Part shown: piece by piece, positions 29,322 to 37,537 of the stretch
How the letters are laid out: the number at the start of each line of letters is the position of its first letter
How positions within the stretch are numbered: the stretch's first letter is position 1
IMG/VR virus record: IMGVR_UViG_3300049201_000035
Location: 1,143-65,142 of that record
DNA length: 64,000 nt
Source: a virus
Reading direction: 5' to 3' (one strand)
Notes under the pieces: model-generated
Seen by the model: only the letters and a program-made list of their open reading frames with translations
Told to the model about the DNA's origin: nothing
The model's database searches: none
Made by a program: the position numbers and the translations under genes

Positions 29322-29323
29322 AT

Positions 29324-29785
29324 TTACATTTCCTTAGAAGACAAGAACATGCCGCCCCGGCCCGTAATGAGCCAGTTTGGAGAAATATTGTAGTCGCTAA
29401 CCAGGTAATGCAGGTAGATTGCTGGCAGCGTATGAGATTCGGGCTCTGCCTCCAAACGAGCAAAATTCCCCTGGTTAATCCCATAAATTTTACAGAAAGC
29501 ATATTTACTGGTGAGATTTTCTGACTTAATCAGCAAGTATATGGCCTTGAAGAATCGAGCATGAATATTTAAAGCTTCCGATGTCTCGCGATGCTTCACC
29601 GTCGCGATTGCTTTCCGCTTTGTCTTCGGCTTGTAAACTGATTTCTCCTTTGGCTTCGGGGTGCCGTCGGGCAGAAGCTCTACCGGCTTCTTGGGTCTGC
29701 CTACTGGCCGTTTTTGTAGTATTGCTTCCATTGGTTGCTGTGTGGTTTTTCCCTTTTTAAGTTTTTGAGGATTTGAATTATCCAT
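29324..29785 (-). CDS. DNA-binding protein (AT-hook-like N-terminus, HTH-like C-terminus)
   Basis: RPVGRPKK; GINQGNFARLE..YNISPNWLITGRG. Confidence 0.6.
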   Translation of the reverse strand: MDNSNPQKLKKGKTTQQPMEAILQKRPVGRPKKPVELLPDGTPKPKEKSVYKPKTKRKAIATVKHRETSEALNIHARFFKAIYLLIKSENLTSKYAFCKIYGINQGNFARLEAEPESHTLPAIYLHYLVSDYNISPNWLITGRGGMFLSSKEM

Positions 29786-30414
29786 CAGAAATCATCTTTT
29801 TTGTTCATGGATGTTTTTAACGATGCGAATAGCGCCACGACGGTATCGTTGATTTGGGCCCGCTGGTCACTCGCTCTGATCTCGTAGTCCTTCTTATCTT
29901 TTTCCTCTTGATCAATTTTTCTTTGTAAAACTTTCGCCTGTCCCTTTTTAGAAGCGGCTTGCTCAGTCTTCAAAGCTGATATCTTCCCATCGTAATCGGC
30001 CATCACCTGATTGTCGCTTTTCATTTGGTCATATGGGTGATAGGATATCGATTCGCCACGGAATCCAAATCCCAGCTCTAAGTCGGTGAGTACGGACCTA
30101 TATTTGGCATCTTTAACATCGATAGTAATCACATACCTGAATTTTGGGTGGTAAAGTGTAATCAGGTCAGAGTTTCCTTTTAATATGAGCCTACCGGCCT
30201 CCTTGTCTTCAAATTGGATCACCGACTTGTAGTCACCAAAAGTCTTTGCTATCCACGTCTGGGCGTTCTTATATAATGCCTCTTTTTTCAACGGGGAGTC
30301 GATGACCGTTTCAAAAGCGACTTTCCCTTCCGCTGATTTGGGAAGATCCGGGCTTTGTGCTGACGCCTCAATCGAGACATAGCAGATAAGTAAGATCGTT
30401 AGGAGTGTTTTCAT
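29785..30414 (-). CDS. Exported DUF4468-like protein
   Basis: Signal peptide MKTLLTILLIC..AQ; LYKNAQTWIAKTF..IQFEDKEAG. Confidence 0.7.
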   Translation of the reverse strand: MKTLLTILLICYVSIEASAQSPDLPKSAEGKVAFETVIDSPLKKEALYKNAQTWIAKTFGDYKSVIQFEDKEAGRLILKGNSDLITLYHPKFRYVITIDVKDAKYRSVLTDLELGFGFRGESISYHPYDQMKSDNQVMADYDGKISALKTEQAASKKGQAKVLQRKIDQEEKDKKDYEIRASDQRAQINDTVVALFASLKTSMNKKDDF

Positions 30415-30439
30415 GGTTGAAATTTTATTTTGATAATTT

Positions 30440-30745
30440 TTATCGGCATTTTGATTTCTCCAATTCGACTTCGTCAAAGTGTAGTTCCAGACGCTTGCCA
30501 TCGATCCATAGCACAGCACTCCTTTTACCCAGTTCTTCGATACTGTCAGCGATAAACCGCATTTCGTCCGGGTCTCCGTCTGGAACCTGACCGGGATTTC
30601 TTTTGCAGTACACAATCCATTGCCCGCAAGCCTCTTCGCTAATATCGCTTTTGGAGTCCATCGCATCGCAGGACCAAAGCGCCGATGCGACTATGAATGA
30701 AATTATAAATAAGCGAATCCCGGAACTTCCTTGTGGCGCCCTCAT
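30440..30745 (-). CDS. Putative lipoprotein
   Basis: Hydrophobic stretch ending LWSC; coupled to repressor. Confidence 0.55.
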   Translation of the reverse strand: MRAPQGSSGIRLFIISFIVASALWSCDAMDSKSDISEEACGQWIVYCKRNPGQVPDGDPDEMRFIADSIEELGKRSAVLWIDGKRLELHFDEVELEKSKCR

Positions 30746-31398
30746 ATTCGTTTGCTAAGGTGCCCATGTATGAGCCAAACGCTATCAATCGCAGCCTTAG
30801 GCAATTCGAATTCATCATAAAACTTATTGGCACTTTCCAGTAAAAACATATCCTTGTTGTTCTCTCGGTGCCGCTTCACATATCTGAGGTATTTCCTGCC
30901 ATCCCGGCAGACGATCAGATAAACCTGTCCAAATTCTAAGTGGCTGGTCCACTCATCTACTTTTGTGGTAAATATGATCGAACCCGGCTTGATCAATCCG
31001 TCCATTGCGTCAGTGTGTGCCCGGAACGCAAGGCAACCTGTAAAGTCTGGGGCATCCAGGTAATAGCTGGGCTCCGCTTTTTTTAGCGTCGACTCAAAGG
31101 TTGATCCCGGCTTGAAAAAATCTACGTCCCAGAAAGGGATCATTTCCTTTGATCGATCAGGCAATCTCCCTCCTCCTCTATGAAGTAACGATCCCATTTC
31201 TTCCTGCTGAGCTACTAGTTCATAAAATTCAACGCCAATAGCGGTTGCCACCTTCTGTATCGTATCAACTTGCGGCTTCTTTTGTTTTAAAAGAGATGTC
31301 ACGTTTTGCGGAGACGTATCAAGTCGCCTGGCTAGCTCAGCCTGTGATATCCCTTTCTCCGAAAGTAAAAACCGTATTTTTTCGCCAAAATCGGGCAT
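30742..31398 (-). CDS. CI/LexA-like repressor (XRE HTH + S24 domain)
   Basis: ISQAELARRLDTSPQNV; FRAHTDAMDG..GSII..YLRYVK. Confidence 0.9.
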   Translation of the reverse strand: MPDFGEKIRFLLSEKGISQAELARRLDTSPQNVTSLLKQKKPQVDTIQKVATAIGVEFYELVAQQEEMGSLLHRGGGRLPDRSKEMIPFWDVDFFKPGSTFESTLKKAEPSYYLDAPDFTGCLAFRAHTDAMDGLIKPGSIIFTTKVDEWTSHLEFGQVYLIVCRDGRKYLRYVKRHRENNKDMFLLESANKFYDEFELPKAAIDSVWLIHGHLSKRI

Positions 31399-31413
31399 TT
31401 ATAAAATAATTTG

Positions 31414-31459
31414 TAAAGTTTTATCTTTATTATTTGCTTTATATAAAGTTGATGCTTTA
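31414..31459. promoter_or_regulatory. Two palindromic operators TAAAG-N6-CTTTA
   Basis: 31414-31429 and 31444-31459, 30 bp apart, between divergent promoters. Confidence 0.6.
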
Positions 31460-31465
31460 TATTTG
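31433..31465 (+). promoter_or_regulatory. Rightward early promoter
   Basis: TTTG (31433), 21 nt, TATATTTG (31458): full Bacteroidota consensus. Confidence 0.75.
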
Positions 31466-31595
31466 TATACATAATTGGAGAATGTAGCGCATACAAATAT
31501 AAAGAGCTTTACAAAGTTTCCTAAAAGTGACGCAATGTTGTTCAGTTAATATTACCAAAGTCCAATTTTTAATGATGACAGGCTCTCTTTTAGTG

Positions 31596-31829
31596 ATGAA
31601 AAACATGGAAGCACCAGTAAAAACACAAAAGCGCAAAGAGAAAGAGGCGGTAGATGCCAACATTTACCGTGATTACATCGCAATGAGCCAGTTATCGGGG
31701 TCCATGCAGACTGAAATCAAAAATCAGCTCGCCTTGAAGTACGGATACCGCCATTGGAGGTACATATATCCGGTGATTCGTCGGGTTGAAAAGAGAATGA
31801 TTCAAAAAGCAAAACTTCAAATCGCTTAG
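31596..31829 (+). CDS. Cro-like/hypothetical regulator
   Basis: First early gene divergent from repressor; start uncertain (31596 or 31605). Confidence 0.5.
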   Translation: MKNMEAPVKTQKRKEKEAVDANIYRDYIAMSQLSGSMQTEIKNQLALKYGYRHWRYIYPVIRRVEKRMIQKAKLQIA

Positions 31830-31853
31830 AGCCAGTTAAATCCTTGAAATCAA

Positions 31854-32621
31854 ATGGAAATAGAGCAATTTAAATTCAATGGCCAAGAGATGAGAACCCT
31901 AGTGGAGGAGTCAAATTCAGTCCTTTTCCTTGCTTCGGATGTTTGCCGGATACTCGGGTATCAAAACGGAAGAAAGGCGGTATCGGACCATTGCAAGTTG
32001 GATGGCGTAACGAAACGTTACATCATAGATTCCATGGGACGCAACCAAGAGGCGACCTTCCTGAGTGAGCCCAATATGTATCGGCTTGTAATGAAATCGA
32101 ACAAGCCCGAGGCTGAGCCATTTGAAAGATGGGTTATGGAAGAGGTTCTTCCGAGTATCAGAAGAAAGGGGTCTTATCAGAAAACTTCTGGTGAATTGTC
32201 AAGGAAGGATCTCGCGCTGATGGTAGTCCAGGCAGAGGAAGAAAAAGAACAAGCGTTACTTCGGTTAACCGAGGCCAATCAACAAATTGAGTCGGATAAG
32301 CCGAAAGTAATTTTTGCCGATGCGGTATCGGTTTCAGATAACAGCCTACTGATTGGAGAGGTAGCCAAGATATTGAAGCAAAAAGGTGTCAATATTGGCC
32401 AAAACAGATTATTCGAATGGATGAGGTCAAATGGGTATTTGATTAAGAGGTCCGCTACCGACTTTAATATGCCGACTCAGCGGGCTATGGATATGAAGTT
32501 ATTCGAAATTAAAGAAACCGCCATTACTCACTCCAATGGTAAAGTTAATATAGCTAAAACTCCGCGAGTGACTGGGATTGGTCAAATTCATTTCATAAAC
32601 AAATTTATTTCATCCCGATAA
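31854..32621 (+). CDS. Antirepressor (BRO-N + KilAC/ANT)
   Basis: FLASDVCRILG..EPNMYRLVMKS; KPKVIFAD..GQNRLFEWMR..VTGIGQIHF. Confidence 0.92.
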   Translation: MEIEQFKFNGQEMRTLVEESNSVLFLASDVCRILGYQNGRKAVSDHCKLDGVTKRYIIDSMGRNQEATFLSEPNMYRLVMKSNKPEAEPFERWVMEEVLPSIRRKGSYQKTSGELSRKDLALMVVQAEEEKEQALLRLTEANQQIESDKPKVIFADAVSVSDNSLLIGEVAKILKQKGVNIGQNRLFEWMRSNGYLIKRSATDFNMPTQRAMDMKLFEIKETAITHSNGKVNIAKTPRVTGIGQIHFINKFISSR

Positions 32622-32622
32622 C

Positions 32623-32844
32623 ATGCCAGCAACCCCACCAAAATCGATGTCCAAAGTTCGGGCAGCAATGGAAAGCCTAATGGAGCAATCAGGCTGCGCC
32701 CAAGACATCAAAGATCACTTGTCCGAAATGTTCCGCGCTAGCCTGGAATTCAACCCGCATTACAGTGAACACGGTGAGCGATTCCTGATCTATGAGGACC
32801 TGTGCAAGCTAGTCGACGAAATCGAAAATTATCTTTCAAAATAA
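32623..32844 (+). CDS. Hypothetical protein
   Basis: 73 aa. Confidence 0.5.
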   Translation: MPATPPKSMSKVRAAMESLMEQSGCAQDIKDHLSEMFRASLEFNPHYSEHGERFLIYEDLCKLVDEIENYLSK

Positions 32845-32851
32845 ACCTGAC

Positions 32852-33145
32852 TTGCTCATGGGAACGATGATCGTGATTGAAGAATCTGCATGGAAGGAGT
32901 TAACCGGACTTGTGAGAGACTTGAAGTCTGAATTCAGCAAGTTCCGGAAAGGAAAAACGGAGGCTCAGAATATGACACATCAGCAGGCGGCCAAATACCT
33001 TGGGTATTCAACCAAAAGGCTTTACACGTTCAAAGATGAGGGGAAGATAACTTTCTCGCAACACGGTGGCAAAATCATATATCGCCGGGAGGACCTGGAC
33101 GAATTTCTAGAAAAATACCGCGTAAAACGTAAAACATACACATAA
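32852..33145 (+). CDS. Excisionase-like HTH_17 protein
   Basis: MTHQQAAKYLGYS..LY..GKI..IYRREDLDEFL. Confidence 0.8.
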   Translation: MLMGTMIVIEESAWKELTGLVRDLKSEFSKFRKGKTEAQNMTHQQAAKYLGYSTKRLYTFKDEGKITFSQHGGKIIYRREDLDEFLEKYRVKRKTYT

Positions 33146-33156
33146 CAATAATTGTC

Positions 33157-33321
33157 ATGAACACTTCTATTTGCTCATTCATTAAGATTCTTAAACGGAT
33201 CATCGTCTACCTACTATCAGCCATATTCACAATCGTGCTGATTCCTTACGCTGCCAGTTTGATTTTTAAAAGACTCACAAGAACTAATTGGAAAAGATGG
33301 GAAAGATATCACTATTCGTAA
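33157..33321 (+). CDS. Small membrane peptide (54 aa)
   Basis: Hand-translated; hydrophobic core IIVYLLSAIFTIVLIP. Confidence 0.4.
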   Translation: MNTSICSFIKILKRIIVYLLSAIFTIVLIPYAASLIFKRLTRTNWKRWERYHYS

Positions 33322-33488
33322 TCCTCACGCTTGCCGTGATGTTCCAAGAGTGCGCAGGGAAAGTAATTTCCTGGGTTGCATCCAACCCGACCATGTGGAC
33401 AGATAGTGTAGGATACCTTATCCCAATGCTGCTTGTCGTCTTTGCCCTGCTGGCTCCCAAATACATCAACCGGTATCTGAACCGGTAA
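33288..33488 (+). CDS. Small two-TM membrane protein
   Basis: 66 aa, two hydrophobic segments. Confidence 0.5.
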   Translation: MEKMGKISLFVILTLAVMFQECAGKVISWVASNPTMWTDSVGYLIPMLLVVFALLAPKYINRYLNR

Positions 33489-33509
33489 CCCGAAACCACA
33501 AAAAATATC

Positions 33510-33665
33510 ATGTCAACCTCTGTTTGCCTGACCGAAGCACTCGGAAGGTCCACCGTGTACTACTACAAGCATTTCACTTACATCAACTTCACCGCTACCA
33601 TGGTGGTATGCATTGGATGTGCTGTGATTGCTGGATTTCTGCTTGAAAAGTTGAAAAAAGACTAG
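33510..33665 (+). CDS. Small membrane peptide (51 aa)
   Basis: Hand-translated; C-terminal TM then KLKKD. Confidence 0.4.
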   Translation: MSTSVCLTEALGRSTVYYYKHFTYINFTATMVVCIGCAVIAGFLLEKLKKD

Positions 33666-33714
33666 TGCGTATATACTAAATCGTAATAATTAAAAACAGT
33701 TAAATTCAATCAAA

Positions 33715-34638
33715 ATGGACGTAATCACAATTAATCAAACAGAGGTTTTGAGCGCTTTGAATCGATCTGAAGTCGATATCCAAATTGCCACGGCGAAGCA
33801 GTATCCAAGGAATATCACCAATGTCCTGAAAACCATTGAGCAGTATGCCACAATGGACGAAGAAACCGCAGAGGATTGCTTTTACGCTCTTCGCCGCGGG
33901 AAGGGGGATGATTCTTCGGTAATCGAGGGACTATCCGTTCGTATGGCGGAAATATTCGCCGGAGCCTGGGGCAACATTCGCGTTCAGACTCGTATAATTG
34001 GAAACGATGGAAAGACCATAACGGCTCAGGGCACTTGCCATGATCTTGAAACTAACTTCGCTACGTCAGTTGAGGTAAAGCGCAGAATAACAAACAAGCA
34101 AGGTCAGACATTCAGTGATGACATGCAGGTAGTTACAGGGAACGCGGCTGCGGCAATAGCTTTCCGAAACGCAGTTTTCAAGGTGATACCTAAGGCGGTT
34201 ACCAAAAAAGTGATCAACAACATCAAGCAGGTTGCATTAGGCCAATCGATTGACTTGGAGGAAACAAGACAAAAGATCGTTGCTCACTTTGCCAAGATCG
34301 GAGTTAACGAGCAGCAGATTGTTGAACACTTGGAGATTGATAAAATTTCCAGCATTAATAAAGAGAATGTTTTTTATCTGAGAAGCCTTGCCAACGCCAT
34401 AAAAGAGGGCACAACATCAGTAGCTGAGACTTTCAAAAAGAATGTAGCCGACTCCGACAAAATAGCGGACGAGGCCAAAAAGAAAGCTGATGAGATAAAG
34501 AACAAGACGCAAGATGCCATGAGTAAAGCCAATTCTGTATCTGGCCAAGGATCTGTTACGACTGCTGACAAACTCGATGACATGAAGTCTGATGTAGTTG
34601 ACACCGACACAGGAGAAGTGACTTCAAATTCTAAATAA
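33715..34638 (+). CDS. Putative ssDNA-annealing/recombination partner
   Basis: 307 aa directly upstream of YqaJ nuclease, acidic tail DTGEV; family not recognised. Confidence 0.5.
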   Translation: MDVITINQTEVLSALNRSEVDIQIATAKQYPRNITNVLKTIEQYATMDEETAEDCFYALRRGKGDDSSVIEGLSVRMAEIFAGAWGNIRVQTRIIGNDGKTITAQGTCHDLETNFATSVEVKRRITNKQGQTFSDDMQVVTGNAAAAIAFRNAVFKVIPKAVTKKVINNIKQVALGQSIDLEETRQKIVAHFAKIGVNEQQIVEHLEIDKISSINKENVFYLRSLANAIKEGTTSVAETFKKNVADSDKIADEAKKKADEIKNKTQDAMSKANSVSGQGSVTTADKLDDMKSDVVDTDTGEVTSNSK

Positions 34639-34643
34639 GAGAT

Positions 34644-34736
34644 TGAATTAGGGAATATGATTGCAACAGTGAAAAGCCCGTAGCCGGGAGATGCCGAGTG
34701 TTGCGACGCGGACGCTAGGCGGTCCGACCTAATTCA
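34644..34736 (+). ncRNA. Candidate multi-stem RNA
   Basis: 9-bp closing stem enclosing three nested helices. Confidence 0.4.
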
Positions 34737-34757
34737 TGATTTAAATCTAAAACAACC

Positions 34758-35720
34758 ATGTCAACAACATTCGCAGCAACCGCCAAGCCGGTTAAATTGA
34801 CCCCAAAAAGCCGGGAGGAATGGCTTTCACTTCGCCATGGTATTGGCAGCTCTGAAATTGCTACACTACTCGGTTTGAACAAATGGGAAACGCCGTACCA
34901 GCTTTGGCTACGCAAAACCGGGCAGGCTCCTCCCAAAACAGAATCGTTCGCGATGCGAGCCGGTCACTATCTCGAAGATGCAGTCACTTTGTTCTGGCAG
35001 GACGAAACGGGCCGTCAGGTTATCAAGTCTTCCGCATCGGATTTGATATACGTGCATCCCGAAAAGGATTTCCTCAGGGTTTCACCAGACCGCACCTTCT
35101 GGATTCCAGGAATGTCGAGAAATGACGACAATAAAGGCGTCCTTGAATGTAAAACAACACAAATGGTTGTGGATCCGGAAGACCTGCCGCAAACGTGGTT
35201 TTGCCAAATTCAATATCAATTGGGCGTCATGCAGAAGGAACAGGGCTCAATTGCCTGGCTTCAAGCAGGCAGAGAATTTGGGTACAAAGACATCCGTTTC
35301 GTTCCTGATTTCTTCGAATGGATCATTGACGAAGCAGAAAAGTTTTGGTTCGTCAATGTGCAGGGAATGGTTGAGCCCTCATTAACTACGTCCGAGGATG
35401 TTTTGATCAAATACGCAAGTCACTTTAACGGAAAATCCGTCGAGGCGCCAGAAGGGTTGGTTTACTCGCTTACGCAGCTCCGTGACGTCAAAGACCAGAT
35501 CAAGGATCTTGAAGCGCAAAAGGATTCCATCGAAGAACAGACGAAAATGTACATGATGGACGCAGAAGCTCTGGTTTATTCCGGTCAAACGCTGGCGACG
35601 TGGAAATCGGCAAAAGGAAGTGAGAAATTTGACGCGAAGTCATTTGAAAAGGAGCACCCTGACTTGTACTCGAAATTCCTGGTTTCAACTCCCGGATCGA
35701 GAAGGTTCCTGCTGAAATAA
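34758..35720 (+). CDS. YqaJ-like viral recombinase exonuclease
   Basis: GIGSSE..GHYLE..SPD..LECKT..QIQYQL. Confidence 0.92.
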   Translation: MSTTFAATAKPVKLTPKSREEWLSLRHGIGSSEIATLLGLNKWETPYQLWLRKTGQAPPKTESFAMRAGHYLEDAVTLFWQDETGRQVIKSSASDLIYVHPEKDFLRVSPDRTFWIPGMSRNDDNKGVLECKTTQMVVDPEDLPQTWFCQIQYQLGVMQKEQGSIAWLQAGREFGYKDIRFVPDFFEWIIDEAEKFWFVNVQGMVEPSLTTSEDVLIKYASHFNGKSVEAPEGLVYSLTQLRDVKDQIKDLEAQKDSIEEQTKMYMMDAEALVYSGQTLATWKSAKGSEKFDAKSFEKEHPDLYSKFLVSTPGSRRFLLK

Positions 35721-35722
35721 CA

Positions 35723-35935
35723 ATGCAAGCCCTAATCAAACACGACGCCGACTCAACTCCAATATGGGGATTCGTAATATTCGAGCCGAAAGGTTGGAAA
35801 ATCATCGAAAACAAAGCAAGGCCGTTCGTGTTCACCGACGCGATTACCATTGAAGATATCGACTCGCTATCTGGCGGAATGGCTACCAAAATGGGGTTTC
35901 AACTTAAAAAAATAAGCATTGAAGTAGATGGTTAA
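35723..35935 (+). CDS. Hypothetical protein
   Basis: 70 aa. Confidence 0.45.
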   Translation: MQALIKHDADSTPIWGFVIFEPKGWKIIENKARPFVFTDAITIEDIDSLSGGMATKMGFQLKKISIEVDG

Positions 35936-35980
35936 GGGTTTATAGTCATGCCCGGACATACTTCCGGCCCCGGATGAGGG
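35936..35980 (+). ncRNA. Repeated RNA motif copy A
   Basis: ATAGTCATGCC-stem CCGGA/TCCGG-CCCCGGA; homologous to 40202-40260. Confidence 0.5.
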
Positions 35981-36007
35981 AATGAAAAATCTTCAAAAAA
36001 ATCAACC

Positions 36008-36790
36008 ATGAAATACGAAAAGATTTTGTACCCAGACGGGTCGTTTTACGCAAAAATTATCGATTACGGCGAGCCAATGGTAATCACCGAGCGGATCAAC
36101 AGCTATAACGACCTATGGTTCATCAAGCAACTGAAAGACGCCATGGATCATCAAGGGCTTCAATGTCATCTATCCATTCCGTGCTTGCTCGACGCTCAGG
36201 CAGATAGGAGGTTCAATTCGAATGAGTCGTCCAATTTAAAGCTGGTTTGCGACTTCATCAACGAACTTGAATTTGTTTCGGTGACCGTATTCCATCCTCA
36301 CAATCCAGAGGTGGTCGAGAATCTTATCGATAATTGTGTGATTCGGGATAATCGGAGATTTATTCAAAAAGTGCTGGCTGACATTGGCAAGGACCAGGAC
36401 GAGCTGATTCTTTTCTCAACCGACGCGGGAGGATTTAAGCCATTGATGAAGCTGGCTGATAAAATGAAGTGGGAGGGGGAGGTTTATTCGGCGAACAAGT
36501 CAAGGAAATGGGCCAATGGCAAATCCTCGCTCGTTCAACAAATCGATCGGTCGGACTTTCAAGGAAAATCTATTCTGATTATCGACGACTTGTGTGTGTA
36601 TGGCGGGACGTTCATTGGCCTACGATCATTATTGGCTGACAGAAATGTTGGAGAGCTTTACCTGGCTGTTTCTCACATGACAGTACCAAATCCCAACCCT
36701 CATTTGTCAGAGTTTACCCATGTGTTCACTACCGACAGCAAGTATGACTCCTACGATCTGTTCAATTTAACCGTATTCCCCCACGAATAA
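36008..36790 (+). CDS. PRPP-synthetase-like protein (Adps candidate)
   Basis: YPDGS, DAQADRRF, STDAGG, IIDDLCVYGGTF, LAVSH. Confidence 0.85.
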   Translation: MKYEKILYPDGSFYAKIIDYGEPMVITERINSYNDLWFIKQLKDAMDHQGLQCHLSIPCLLDAQADRRFNSNESSNLKLVCDFINELEFVSVTVFHPHNPEVVENLIDNCVIRDNRRFIQKVLADIGKDQDELILFSTDAGGFKPLMKLADKMKWEGEVYSANKSRKWANGKSSLVQQIDRSDFQGKSILIIDDLCVYGGTFIGLRSLLADRNVGELYLAVSHMTVPNPNPHLSEFTHVFTTDSKYDSYDLFNLTVFPHE

Positions 36791-37206
36791 TGGATCAGTA
36801 TCTAGCCCCAAATTCTAATTTCGTCAGGCTTAGGAATGAGTTCGACCAATATGGATCGCTTGTAATTGCCTTCGATTTCGACAACACCGTTTTTGATTTT
36901 CACGGTCAGGGCCACTCCTACACGATGGTAATCGAATTACTGAGAGATTTAAAATCCATCGGCTGTCAATGCATTTGCTTCACGGCCAGCGAGGATGTTG
37001 AATTGATCAAATCGTATTGCGAGGACCGAAACATCCCGCTGGATGGAATTAATGTTAATCCGGCATTCTTCACTTCGTCAAGCGGTAAAATTTACTTCAA
37101 CGCTTTGTTGGACGATCGCGCCGGGTTGATTGAGGTGTACAACACCCTGATTGCGCTGGTTAACTATGTAAAATACACTCGAAATGCAGACCAAAAAATC
37201 GATTAA
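36790..37206 (+). CDS. Small HAD-like hydrolase
   Basis: AFDFDNT, FTA, LLDDRAG. Confidence 0.75.
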   Translation: MDQYLAPNSNFVRLRNEFDQYGSLVIAFDFDNTVFDFHGQGHSYTMVIELLRDLKSIGCQCICFTASEDVELIKSYCEDRNIPLDGINVNPAFFTSSSGKIYFNALLDDRAGLIEVYNTLIALVNYVKYTRNADQKID

Positions 37207-37537
37207 CGGGATTTTGATGAATATTCAGTACAAAGACTGGATGTTCATTGTCGACGAAAGAGAAGACTGCTTCACATTGCAAATACAGTTCGATGACGAA
37301 TGCACCGTGACCGGCAAAGTTGAAAGGCAGTATTGCAGGAAATGGTTCCTATCTAAACACATGACCGCCAATGAAATCGTTCGAACCGCCTTCATGGCTG
37401 TTGAAAAGGCTGAATTTCACGAATTGTGTGAAAAATTTAGGTATATGGGCAAGCTGATCAATAATCCGCACATCGATTTAGTAAAGGTAGCCTCAGGAGT
37501 AGTTGATTTTCACAATTTAGACCACAGACAAAAATGA
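37184..37537 (+). CDS. Hypothetical protein
   Basis: 117 aa; RKWFLS..EIVRTAF..E.HE. Confidence 0.6.
   Translation: MQTKKSINGILMNIQYKDWMFIVDEREDCFTLQIQFDDECTVTGKVERQYCRKWFLSKHMTANEIVRTAFMAVEKAEFHELCEKFRYMGKLINNPHIDLVKVASGVVDFHNLDHRQK

Noticed and set aside
30415-30666. Long N-terminal extension of the DUF4468-like ORF
   Set aside because: Overlaps the lipoprotein gene; signal peptide begins at ATG 30414
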